From: an uncultured Gammaproteobacteria bacterium
GTDB lineage: Bacteria > Pseudomonadota > Gammaproteobacteria > Pseudomonadales > UBA5518
Direction: 5' to 3'
Assembly: GCA_903928015.1 (NCBI GenBank)
Contig: CAIYPF010000132.1
Coordinates: forward strand, 5,138-69,137
DNA length: 64,000 nucleotides
The position numbers and the translations under genes are program-made. The notes beneath the pieces were generated by a model. The model was given only the letters and a program-made list of their open reading frames with translations, was not told the origin of the DNA and made no database searches. Shown one piece after another: positions 54,217 to 62,855 of this stretch (position 1 is its first letter; every line of letters starts with the position of its first letter).

Positions 54217-54681
54217 TCAGGCCGTGGCCTCGATGATCCGGACCGGTTCCGCCTTCACCACAAAATAGCTCGGGCAGGCATAACGCTCGATGTCCCGAGC
54301 ATGTACGGGGAAGGCTCCGCAGTTCGAGAATCGGCGCAGGGGCGAGGTATAGATTCCGCACTGGAAGATCCCGCCGCCGCGGTTCTCGAGGAACACGCAG
54401 CGGTGGTTCATGCAGCAGTTGCCGCATTGGACGCAATGCCCGCCGATCTCCACCGTTTCTTCGCCTGTGCCGGCCCCGAGAACCGTGCCGAAAAACGTCT
54501 TCGCCGGACCCTCGCGCAGCGCCTGCAGGTGGATGATCAGTTTGCGCAGCGTGCCGCTGTAATCGAGCAGGTACTTCCGTTCCAGGAAAGCGATGCTTGC
54601 AAGCAGCGGAAGCAGGGGGAGGAACAGCCAGAAGACGCCCAACACCGCAAGCGAACTCGCATGGGCCAGCAGTTTTGCCAC
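54217..54681 (-). CDS. YkgJ-family Cys-cluster protein with N-terminal TM helix
   Basis: GTG start at 54681. The motif CVQCGNCC...HRCVFL...CGIY...C is the CxxCxxCC arrangement of the UPF0153/YkgJ family. Confidence 0.6.
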   Translation of the reverse strand: MAKLLAHASSLAVLGVFWLFLPLLPLLASIAFLERKYLLDYSGTLRKLIIHLQALREGPAKTFFGTVLGAGTGEETVEIGGHCVQCGNCCMNHRCVFLENRGGGIFQCGIYTSPLRRFSNCGAFPVHARDIERYACPSYFVVKAEPVRIIEATA

Positions 54682-54705
54682 GTAATGTCTCCGCCGGGTT
54701 TGAGC

Positions 54706-54730
54706 GGACGCCGGAGGGTGTCCGGCGTCC
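54706..54730 (-). terminator. perfect 10-bp GC-rich hairpin downstream of the 54745..56217 gene
   Basis: GGACGCCGGA-gggtg-TCCGGCGTCC lies 15 nt beyond the TAA stop at 54745. There is no clear U-tract on the minus strand. Confidence 0.5.
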
Positions 54731-54744
54731 TTCTGCAGCTCAGC

Positions 54745-56217
54745 TTACTCCTGCTCGGTCTCGCTGATGTCGAGACGGTAGAGGGTGGTGTTGCTCGTGG
54801 TGGCGGCATCGCCAGTGGCCACGGTCTCGTTCGCGATGGCGAGGTAGTGCTTGCCCCGGTACTTGTACACGGCAAGGCCTTCGGGTCCCTTGTCGCCCGT
54901 CGTGACGATCATGTCGATGAAGCGTGACTCCGCCGGCACCGTGACATCGAACACCGCTACCGCGCTCCTGGTGGTGCGCTCGAGTCCGATGAAGGCAAAC
55001 ACCCGGTCTTCGGCCTTGAGGATCGCGACGCCCTCGGGTTCCACGCCCTTGTCTCGGCTGCGGCTGTCGTCGTAGATGCCGCGGGCGTTGGCCTCGGTCT
55101 CCAGAATGTTGCCGCTGTCATACACGATGTTGCCTGCCGTGTCGCGGATCGAGAAGGAGCGTGCACCCGGGGTGACGAGATTGCCGGTACTGCTGTCCTT
55201 GTTCGAGACGCGCAGGCGGTCGAGCGGGTTGGTTCCGCCGAAGCTGGTGGCGGTGGAGCGGTCGGCGTTGTCCTCGCGGTAGTCGCCTTCGTTGGCGAAG
55301 ACCAGATAGGTCTTGTCGTCCGATTTGTATGACGCGACGCCGTCCGGCGTGTAGAGGCCTTTGACGGCCACGGAGCGGAAGCTGACGGCGCTGTCGTTGT
55401 CCTTGGGGTCGATCTCGTTGCCGGCAAGGCTGAAATCCTTCACGCCAAGACCGATCACCTGCGAGAAGGCGTTCTGGGAGAGATCGAGCACGCCAATGGC
55501 GTTTGCTTCCTGCAGCGTGACGTATGCGGTGCGGCTCTTGCCGTCTACCGTGATGTATTCGGGTTCGAAGTCCATGCCCGTGTTGCTGCGGATGTTCGAG
55601 CCCGTCTGCGGCACGCCGTCAAAACCTGCCGTGCCGATGACCGTGCGGGTGCGCACGTCGATCACGGTCACGCTGCCGGCGGGATCCGGCGTGGTGTAGG
55701 CGGTGTCGGCAACCGCATTCGGCGTGGCCTCGTTGGCCACGAGGAGTTTGCGGCCATCCGGGGTGAAGGTGAGCATGTCGGGGAGCGAGCCCACCGTGAC
55801 CTGCGAGGGCAGGTAGGCCGCCGGGCGGGACCACGGCAGGTACACGCCCGTCGAGGGTTCGCGGGTGGTGGTGTCGAAGAACACTACGCTGCCCGCGTTG
55901 CGGCGGTCGGGCGCGGCTTCGATGGCGAACGCCGCGATGCCGTCACGGATCGCGACGCTGTTCACGTAGCCCCAGGGGGTTACATCGATATGTTTGACAA
56001 GCACGCCGGTGGCGGCATTGAGCACGTCCACGCCCACCACGCCCGCCACCCACACGGTGTTGGTTTTGGCGTCGAAGGCGGGAATCTCGGAGACCTGGCC
56101 GGCAGTGGTGTGGCCGTGGGTCCAGAGTTTCGTGAAGCTGATGACAGCCTCGGCGGCCTGCGTCAGGCTGGAAAGGGAAGCAGCAAGCACGGCGCTTGCG
56201 AGAGCGATACGGCGCAT
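54745..56217 (-). CDS. secreted beta-propeller protein (choice-of-anchor I-like; function unknown)
   Basis: The ATG at 56217 (RBS gagga) gives the signal peptide MRRIALASAVLAASLSSLTQA. Repeated beta-strand blades and segments such as EPEYITV, EPEGVAI and LYRLDIS resemble this family. The family assignment is from memory only. Confidence 0.55.
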   Translation of the reverse strand: MRRIALASAVLAASLSSLTQAAEAVISFTKLWTHGHTTAGQVSEIPAFDAKTNTVWVAGVVGVDVLNAATGVLVKHIDVTPWGYVNSVAIRDGIAAFAIEAAPDRRNAGSVVFFDTTTREPSTGVYLPWSRPAAYLPSQVTVGSLPDMLTFTPDGRKLLVANEATPNAVADTAYTTPDPAGSVTVIDVRTRTVIGTAGFDGVPQTGSNIRSNTGMDFEPEYITVDGKSRTAYVTLQEANAIGVLDLSQNAFSQVIGLGVKDFSLAGNEIDPKDNDSAVSFRSVAVKGLYTPDGVASYKSDDKTYLVFANEGDYREDNADRSTATSFGGTNPLDRLRVSNKDSSTGNLVTPGARSFSIRDTAGNIVYDSGNILETEANARGIYDDSRSRDKGVEPEGVAILKAEDRVFAFIGLERTTRSAVAVFDVTVPAESRFIDMIVTTGDKGPEGLAVYKYRGKHYLAIANETVATGDAATTSNTTLYRLDISETEQE

Positions 56218-56300
56218 GGGGTCATCCTCGTGGCAGGGTGGGTTGGCCTGTCGCAGCGGACAGCCTGCCCCCAGCATGCCCTCGAAAGATGACCGTCCTT

Positions 56301-57494
56301 TTACAACCGTGCCTGCGCCTCGACCTGCTCCATCACGCGCAGCACGTTGCCGCTCATGATCCTGGCGATGTCGGCTTCCGACATGCCGCGGCGCAGCAGT
56401 TCGGCGATCAGCGCAGGATAGCCGGACACATCTTTCAGACCCTCGGGCAGCGAATCCCCGACACCGTCGTAATCCGAGCCGATGCCTACATGGTCGATGC
56501 CCGCGATCTTCACGGCGCGCTGGATGTGGTCCGCCACATCCGTCACCTTCGCGTAGGGGTAGGGGAAGCGCTCGCGGTAGCGCGCTTCGAAGGCCTTGCC
56601 CTTCTCCTCGGTGAAGTTCTTGTCCTGCAGCGTGGTGTAGGCCTCGAGGGCGGCTTTTGCTTTCTTGCTCCATGCACCCGCCTCGGCAGTGAGGAAAAAG
56701 CTGCCGAAGTTGATCATGAGCACGCCGCCCTTTCTGGCGAGCGCACGCAGCATGTCGTCATCGACGTTGCGCTCCAGCCCGGGCGTGAAGTGCCGGAGCG
56801 AGGAGTGCGAGGCGATCACGGGTGCGCTGGAAATCTCCAGCACCCGGTAGAAGGCCGCGTCCGAGACATGCGAGATGTCCACCATGATCCCGAGGCGGTT
56901 CATCTCGTGCACGACTTTCTCGCCGAAGGGGCTCAAGCCCTCCCAGGTCTTCACCTCGTCATAGGACGAATCGGCGATGTGGTTCGACTTGGCGTGCGCC
57001 AGCGTGATGTAACGGATGCCGCGGTCATGGAAATGGCGCAGGTTCGCGAGATCTCCTTCGATAGCGGCACCGTTCTCCATGCCGAGCGGCAGCGAGATCA
57101 GCCCCGCGGCGTGATTGGCGCGGATCTCGGCTGCGGTGCGTGCCAGCGCGAACTTCTTCGGTGCCCGCTGCACGATGGCCTCGACCTGATCGATCAGCGT
57201 ATCCGCCAGTTCGCGCGCACCGCCGCCCTCGAGATCCGAGGGGATATAGATCGACATGAAGGGCGCCGAAAGTCCGCCTGCCACCGCGCGCGGGTAATCG
57301 AAGTTCCCGCCCGGCGCGCTGCTGCCCACGTCTTCCCAGTGCTCGTGCAGGCGGGTGGGGAGGTCCACGTGGCCGTCGACCAGGGGGTAGCGTTTGGCGA
57401 TGGCGCTTGCCTGCTCCGGCGCATCGTCGGCAGTTGCGGGTGCCGTGAGCAGGATGCTGCCCAGCAGCGCTGCTGCGGCAATCAGGTGTTTCAT
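56301..57494 (-). CDS. membrane dipeptidase (peptidase family M19)
   Basis: It has a signal peptide, then PLVDGHVDLP...YITLAHAKSNH...VDISHVSD...PVIASHSS...GIDHVGIGSDYDG. These are the M19 metal-ligand motifs. Confidence 0.9.
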   Translation of the reverse strand: MKHLIAAAALLGSILLTAPATADDAPEQASAIAKRYPLVDGHVDLPTRLHEHWEDVGSSAPGGNFDYPRAVAGGLSAPFMSIYIPSDLEGGGARELADTLIDQVEAIVQRAPKKFALARTAAEIRANHAAGLISLPLGMENGAAIEGDLANLRHFHDRGIRYITLAHAKSNHIADSSYDEVKTWEGLSPFGEKVVHEMNRLGIMVDISHVSDAAFYRVLEISSAPVIASHSSLRHFTPGLERNVDDDMLRALARKGGVLMINFGSFFLTAEAGAWSKKAKAALEAYTTLQDKNFTEEKGKAFEARYRERFPYPYAKVTDVADHIQRAVKIAGIDHVGIGSDYDGVGDSLPEGLKDVSGYPALIAELLRRGMSEADIARIMSGNVLRVMEQVEAQARL

Positions 57495-57510
57495 GATGGT
57501 GTCTCCGTGC

Positions 57511-58200
57511 TCAGATGAGGTGCGGGCTCGCGCCGTTATCCGTCAGGGATTCCTGAGAGATTCCTGACTGTTGCTTGTGCATCCACGCGGCTGCCCGAAG
57601 CAACCACGCGGCCAGGCCCAGCCAGTAAAACACGGTGTCGGTCCACTGCACGTCATGTGTGTCGTAGATCTCGAACCAGTAGGTGCTCCAGCTCTCGCCC
57701 CACAGGAAACAGATTCCCGCGGTATGCAGGGTCCGCCACTGTGCCGGCCTCAGCGCGCGCCGGCCGGGCCCGAAGGACGTGACCGTCATTGCGGCCAGCA
57801 GGATGTAGCCGGGAATTTCCTCGACAAGCGAATAGGGGCTGTACTGCACCTCCATGTACCAATCGCGGTGCACCAGCACCAGCCACAGGATGAACAGCAG
57901 TTGCCAGGCCATGCCTGCGGCATAGCACAGCCCGATCACGCGTCGACGCCGTAGCAGCCAACGGCTCGCTGGGCCCGGCCACAACACGGCGATGGACGAG
58001 GCAGCGAAGGCGAGGTAGAGCCAGGGCACCGAGAAGCGCACGGATACGGCGATCAGATGCGATATGGCGGGAGCCGCCGAAAGATCGGAGCCTGCCATCG
58101 ACACGCCCATCGCCACGGCGGTGAGCGCAACCACCAGCGCGAAGAACGTCCGTTCTCCCGAAGCGCTGCGGGCAGGGGATGGCGTGGTCCGCGCGATCAT
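57511..58200 (-). CDS. hypothetical integral membrane protein (about 6 TM helices)
   Basis: 229-aa ORF with good GC3 bias and a Trp/Leu-rich hydrophobic pattern. It is 16 nt upstream of the dipeptidase gene. I am not confident of any family. Confidence 0.55.
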   Translation of the reverse strand: MIARTTPSPARSASGERTFFALVVALTAVAMGVSMAGSDLSAAPAISHLIAVSVRFSVPWLYLAFAASSIAVLWPGPASRWLLRRRRVIGLCYAAGMAWQLLFILWLVLVHRDWYMEVQYSPYSLVEEIPGYILLAAMTVTSFGPGRRALRPAQWRTLHTAGICFLWGESWSTYWFEIYDTHDVQWTDTVFYWLGLAAWLLRAAAWMHKQQSGISQESLTDNGASPHLI

Positions 58201-58260
58201 CCGAAGATGGCCCGCATTCCTGCGGTGCTCGCCGCGCGAGCCAATACCCGGAGATCAGAC

Positions 58261-58500
58261 ATGCCCGGAACCGGAACCCCTCCACGTGCGGCAACACCAG
58301 GACGCGTGCGCCGGCTGATCTGCGTCTGCCTTGCACTCGCGGGCGTCCTGATGATCGCCACGGCCTCGCTCTGGGGGCCTGCAGCCGTGGCGCTCTTCGA
58401 TGGCGAGGGCATCCTGCCCCAATTTGCCACCAGTGTGCCCTTCTGGCCGCTCATGCCGCTCGCGCTGGCAGCATGGCTGTGGACGGCGCCGAGCGCCTGA
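58261..58500 (+). CDS. possible small membrane protein (79 aa, 2 TM helices)
   Basis: The ATG at 58261 lies within track ORF 58057..58500. GC3 is high after the first ~15 codons. I recognise no homology. Confidence 0.3.
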   Translation: MPGTGTPPRAATPGRVRRLICVCLALAGVLMIATASLWGPAAVALFDGEGILPQFATSVPFWPLMPLALAAWLWTAPSA

Positions 58501-59526
58501 TCACCACGCGTAACCGACGCTCATGATGTAGGCGCTGTCGGTTTTCTTGGCATTGCCAGAGGGGTTGTTGTCGTAGTCGATGTTGTACTGGACGGTGGCC
58601 TTCAGGTCTTCGATCAGCGGGAAGCGCAGCCCCGTCTGGGACTGCCACAGGAAGTCCTGCGGATCTTCCACGCTCACCAGCCCCTCCTGCACATGGAAGA
58701 ACTGCGTGGTGGTGCCGAACAGGAAACGGTCGTAGCGGATCGCCCAGCGGCCTGCGGCGAAGCCCTGGTCTTCGCCCGTGTCGAAGTCTTCGTTCACGTA
58801 GGTGATACCGCCTTCCAGCGACAGGTTCTGCAGTTCCGATTCGAAGAACTGGTAACCGGAACCCACGCCGAGTGTCGCGCGCAGGTTCAGGTCCTTGAAG
58901 CGGTCTTCCTCGAAGCTCGTGTTGGCATAGCCGTACCACTTCTTCGAGAAGAAATGGTCGTACTTGAGGTAGGCGTTGTTGTTGCGCGCGGTTTCCTGCC
59001 CATCTTCGTCTTTCTGCTCTCCCATGGCCCCGACCGTGAAGCGGTTGTCGATGCCACGCGCGACCGCTTCGACGTCGTACATCAACTGGCTGTTGTCGGT
59101 GTTGCCGCGGTTGGCCGAGAAGCCGAGGTTGGCGCGGCCGCTCATGCTGAGGCCCTCGCCCGTCACTTCGGGCGGCGGATTGATGTAGGCGACATCGGTG
59201 AGTGCAATGGGCGAGGTGGTGATGATCTCGCCCGAGCGCAGCACCACGTTGGCGTCTGCGGCTGCCTTGGCCTGGGCCTGCATGACGGTGCCGTCGCGCA
59301 GTTTGAACCTGGCCGTACCGGTGGTCTCCAGCGAGGCCACCTCCGACCACTTGATCGGGATTTTCCCGGCATAGCTCGTATCAAGTGTGAGCACGTCATC
59401 CTGCAGCGTGACGACTGAGCCGCTCAGGCGATCTCCGCTCTTCATGACGACGGTATCTGCCAGAGAGGCAGTCGAAAGCAAAAGGCACAGCGGTGCCGCG
59501 GCAAGGCTAGCATGTGTGATGCGCAT
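58501..59526 (-). CDS. DUF481-family outer-membrane beta-barrel protein (YdiY-like)
   Basis: It has a signal peptide, N-terminal beta-rich repeats (GDRLSGSVVTLQDDVLTLDTSYAGKIPIKWSEVASL), then alternating beta-strand barrel sequence. It ends in an aromatic C-terminus, SVGYAW. Confidence 0.75.
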   Translation of the reverse strand: MRITHASLAAAPLCLLLSTASLADTVVMKSGDRLSGSVVTLQDDVLTLDTSYAGKIPIKWSEVASLETTGTARFKLRDGTVMQAQAKAAADANVVLRSGEIITTSPIALTDVAYINPPPEVTGEGLSMSGRANLGFSANRGNTDNSQLMYDVEAVARGIDNRFTVGAMGEQKDEDGQETARNNNAYLKYDHFFSKKWYGYANTSFEEDRFKDLNLRATLGVGSGYQFFESELQNLSLEGGITYVNEDFDTGEDQGFAAGRWAIRYDRFLFGTTTQFFHVQEGLVSVEDPQDFLWQSQTGLRFPLIEDLKATVQYNIDYDNNPSGNAKKTDSAYIMSVGYAW

Positions 59527-59859
59527 GGTGGGTTCCCGATGGTTTTGCGGCGGAGTGTAATTCGCGAAGCGTGTCGAATTCCATACACCCGGCGAGCCTC
59601 GTGGTGCCGGCTGTCTTTGGATTGCATACCCGGAGCGGGGGCGGGTATCGTCCGCCGATCACAAGAAACCGAGCCCCGGGGGTTTCATGCCAGTCCCGGA
59701 TCCTGCCGGCCCCGCTCGCTTTGCGTCGGGGGTGCCGCCCCTGTCGGCTGCGAGCGCATTTGCCGTCGGCTCCCTGGCTGAACGCGCGCCTGCCCGTGGC
59801 CGGCAGCCAGCAGATCTGTTGCGTTCTTGCGCCCACGGTTGCGGTTGAGGCGCGCCCAC

Positions 59860-60939
59860 ATGTCACGCGTCACCGCGCTCGATTCCATCAGGGGCCTGCT
59901 CCTCGTCTGGATGGCGATCGACCACTGGGGCGGGCCGATCTCGGCGCAGCTCTACCAGAGGCTGGGATTCTGGACGGCCGCAGAGGGCTTTTTCTTCATC
60001 TCGGGGTATGTGGCCACGCAGGTCGCGCTCGAAAGGCCCGATCCGCGCGACTGGTTCCTGCGGCGCAGCCGGCTCGTCTGGAAATGGCATATCGTGGCGC
60101 TGTCACTGATGGCTGCGCTCTCGCTGTCATTGCCGGTGTTCGGCTGGACACCGCTGCCGGGAATGGCGGGCTCTGCGCCTCTGCGTGATCTGCTGGGTTC
60201 CAGCATCCTCTTCCACCAGCCCGATTATCTGGACGTGCTGCCGCTCTACGTGCTGCTGCTGCTGGGAGCAGGACTGTGCGTTCCCGCCCTGGTGAGGCGC
60301 GCGCCTGCGCATGCGAGCGCGTGGGTGCTGGGGTGTTCGCTTCTGCTGTGGCTGGCCGGTCAGTGCGGCGCGCGGGCATCGATCCGGGCGCTGTTTCTGC
60401 CCGACTGGATGCGCATGGGACTCTTCGATCCCTTGGGCTGGCAGCTGATATTTTTTGCCGGCGTGAGCCTTGCCTTGCTCCGGCGCGAAGGCGGGATTGT
60501 CTACGACGCACGGTGGCGCATCGCCGTGCGGATCGCATTGCCTCTGGCGCTCCTGTTCCTGTGCTGGCGCAACGGTGTGTTTGGCCTGGAACCCTTGCCG
60601 GATGAATCCCTGCTCACGTCTCGTGCGGGCCTGGGCCCGCTGCGGCTCACCTCCTTCGGTGTGGCGGTTGTGCTGGTTGCCGAGACGATCCGGCGCTGGC
60701 CGCGCGCGCTCGACTGGGCGCCGACGCGTTTTCTCGGGCAGCACTCGCTGACAGTCTTCAGCCTGCACCTTCCTCTCACCTATCTCTGGTGTTTCCGGCC
60801 TGCAGAGGGTCCGTGGATCGCCCGCGTGGTGGTCCCGCTGCTGATGGTCGGCTGTCTGTTCCTGGTGGCTGCTGCGCATGCGCGCTGGAAACCGCTGACG
60901 CTGCGGCTTGGCGCCTGGCCGCGCGCGGACGTATCCTGA
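59860..60939 (+). CDS. OpgC/acyltransferase-3-like integral membrane protein
   Basis: The ATG at 59860 gives MSRVTALDSIRGLLLVWMAIDHW, the typical start of OpgC-like proteins. It has about 10 TM helices. Confidence 0.65.
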   Translation: MSRVTALDSIRGLLLVWMAIDHWGGPISAQLYQRLGFWTAAEGFFFISGYVATQVALERPDPRDWFLRRSRLVWKWHIVALSLMAALSLSLPVFGWTPLPGMAGSAPLRDLLGSSILFHQPDYLDVLPLYVLLLLGAGLCVPALVRRAPAHASAWVLGCSLLLWLAGQCGARASIRALFLPDWMRMGLFDPLGWQLIFFAGVSLALLRREGGIVYDARWRIAVRIALPLALLFLCWRNGVFGLEPLPDESLLTSRAGLGPLRLTSFGVAVVLVAETIRRWPRALDWAPTRFLGQHSLTVFSLHLPLTYLWCFRPAEGPWIARVVVPLLMVGCLFLVAAAHARWKPLTLRLGAWPRADVS

Positions 60940-60978
60940 GCCGGGCGCTGTCGCTGGTTGCCCGCAGGAGCCCTCCTC

Positions 60979-61590
60979 ATGGACACGCGCGGATACGTTC
61001 ACCTCGGCAAAACCACGGGTTTCAGGGATCTTGGCGTGCTCGATGTGGCAGCGCTGCAGCAGCGCGTGCGCGAACTGGACGACGAAGACTGGCGTCGCCA
61101 CGACGCCGACAAGCCCAACCGTTTCGACACCCTCGGTGGCACGCAGCACCTGGTGATGAAGTTCGTGCACCAGGTGGCCGTTCCTACCGGCTGGTACGCG
61201 TTGCCCGCCTGGAAGGAATGGGAGCCACTGGTGCAGCCGCTGCTCGAGGAGGCCGCGCAGCGGCTCGGTTATGCCTCTGCCGAGTTCCCCCGCGTGATGC
61301 TGGCACGGCTGCCGGCGGGCGCGGAGATCACGGCACACCGTGACGGCGGCCGCTTTCCCGCGTTTCCCCACAAACTTCACGTGGCGCTGGATACCAATCC
61401 GCACGTCGAGTTCTACGTCGATCCGGAATGGCGCCACATCCCTGCGGCCCGGCTGGTCGAGGTGAACAACAACCTCACGCACGCGGTGCGCAATGACGGC
61501 GAGACACCGCGCGTGCACCTGATATTCGAGTGCTTCGAGAGCCCCGTGGATCTTGCCCGTCACGACTGGGTGGGTGCGCGCACCGACTGA
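60979..61590 (+). CDS. aspartyl/asparaginyl beta-hydroxylase-fold (cupin, 2OG/Fe) protein
   Basis: ATG at 60979 (RBS aggag). ARLPAGAEITAHRDGG...HKLHVAL...NNNLTHAVRN fits the H-x-D...H facial triad of this family. Confidence 0.7.
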   Translation: MDTRGYVHLGKTTGFRDLGVLDVAALQQRVRELDDEDWRRHDADKPNRFDTLGGTQHLVMKFVHQVAVPTGWYALPAWKEWEPLVQPLLEEAAQRLGYASAEFPRVMLARLPAGAEITAHRDGGRFPAFPHKLHVALDTNPHVEFYVDPEWRHIPAARLVEVNNNLTHAVRNDGETPRVHLIFECFESPVDLARHDWVGARTD

Positions 61591-62855
61591 CTGTCCGAGG
61601 CCCCTTGCAGTACGGCCGCTACACGCGCGGCCACGCTGGCGTCGTCGTGCCCGTCCCAGAGTTCGCGGGCCCAGTCCCCGACGAAGATCGCCGTGATCGC
61701 AGGCACACCGAGCGCATCGCTCAGATCCAGCCATTCCGAGATGCGCCCCGCTCCGTCTGCAATGCGGATATATCCATCGGCCGAGCGTGGCCACCAGCGT
61801 TCGGAGAAGACCAGCGCCGCTTTCTCCACGCGCCCGGCCGTGAGCAGCGAGAGTGCCGCGCGCTGCGGCGCAGGCAAGGGCGGCTCGAACTGCGGCCTGT
61901 CCTCCTGCAGCACCGCAGCGGGCACGGTCACGATCACGGCATCGGCCTCCAGCGTGCCGTCCGCATGGTCGAGTTGCACACCGTCATCGCTCCAGCGGAT
62001 GCGGGATACGGAGCAGTCGAGTCGCAGGTCCAGACCCTCTGCGAGCGCGCCGAGCACGCTGCGGTAGCCGCTGGCGATCCACCGGTCCCCGGCACCGACG
62101 CCAGCCTCGAAGCCCAGCCGTGCCGAGAGTTCACCGAGCGGTGCGCCGGTATCCAGCAAGACCTCGGAGTCCACGACGCGCTGCACGGTCTCGCGGTCGA
62201 AGGGATGCGGATGCGCGAGGAAGGCATCCACCACCTCCGCAAGCGGACGATCCCCTGATGCCGTCGCCTGATCGACCCGGGCGTGCAGCTGCGCCATCAC
62301 CGCTCCGGTCGTTTCCGGGCCCACGCCGGCGGGTTGCCCGAGTTCCAGCGGGCGGTGGAAATCCGTGGGTACAAGCCTGCAGCCTATCGCCTCTGCCACC
62401 GGTGCGAGGGTGTTGCGCGCGCCCTGTTGCAGCCAGTTCGCGCCGAGTTCCATCACCACGCGGGATGCGCCGCCCGAAGGCAGCTCTACCGACCACGCCC
62501 GCCCGCCTATACGTCCCCGCGCCTCCAGCAGCAGCACGCGCACGCCCGCATCCTTCAGGGAGCGGGCGGCACCGATACCCGCTGCGCCCGCGCCCAACAC
62601 GGCAACGTCCTGCAGCCCTTGCGCGATACACCAGCGCGCAGCCCTGCGTCCTTCATCGAAGGCGGAGTGCGCCATTCCTGCCTGCTCCGGGCTCGTGGCC
62701 TCGCCGGCAATGATCACGCGGCCGAAGGGCTGACCCAGCGCAGCGCGGGTGGCGGGTGTGCCGCCAGGGCGGAGCAGGCTCCAACCGCCGCGCGAGCAGG
62801 GATCGTCCCGCCAGCGCGAGACGGCATGAGCTATCGGGAGCAACGGACTGTTCAC
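61560..62855 (-). CDS. flavin-dependent amine oxidase, apparently circularly permuted
   Basis: The GTG at 62855 overlaps the stop of the upstream gene (GTGA). Residues ~10-75 (SRWRDDPCSRGGWSLL...GRVIIAGEATS...AFDEGRRAA) look like the usual C-terminal FAD segment. Residue ~83 onward (DVAVLGAGAAGIGAARSLKDAGVRVLLLEARGRIGGR) is the usual N-terminus. An alternative start is the ATG at 62675. Confidence 0.7.
   Translation of the reverse strand: MNSPLLPIAHAVSRWRDDPCSRGGWSLLRPGGTPATRAALGQPFGRVIIAGEATSPEQAGMAHSAFDEGRRAARWCIAQGLQDVAVLGAGAAGIGAARSLKDAGVRVLLLEARGRIGGRAWSVELPSGGASRVVMELGANWLQQGARNTLAPVAEAIGCRLVPTDFHRPLELGQPAGVGPETTGAVMAQLHARVDQATASGDRPLAEVVDAFLAHPHPFDRETVQRVVDSEVLLDTGAPLGELSARLGFEAGVGAGDRWIASGYRSVLGALAEGLDLRLDCSVSRIRWSDDGVQLDHADGTLEADAVIVTVPAAVLQEDRPQFEPPLPAPQRAALSLLTAGRVEKAALVFSERWWPRSADGYIRIADGAGRISEWLDLSDALGVPAITAIFVGDWARELWDGHDDASVAARVAAVLQGASDSQSVRAPTQS

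Noticed and set aside
59527-59859. 333-nt intergenic region between the DUF481 and OpgC-like genes as a possible sRNA or riboswitch
   Set aside because: I recognised no conserved riboswitch core, terminator or promoter pair, only short GC-rich stems expected by chance. Covariance-model scanning would be needed.
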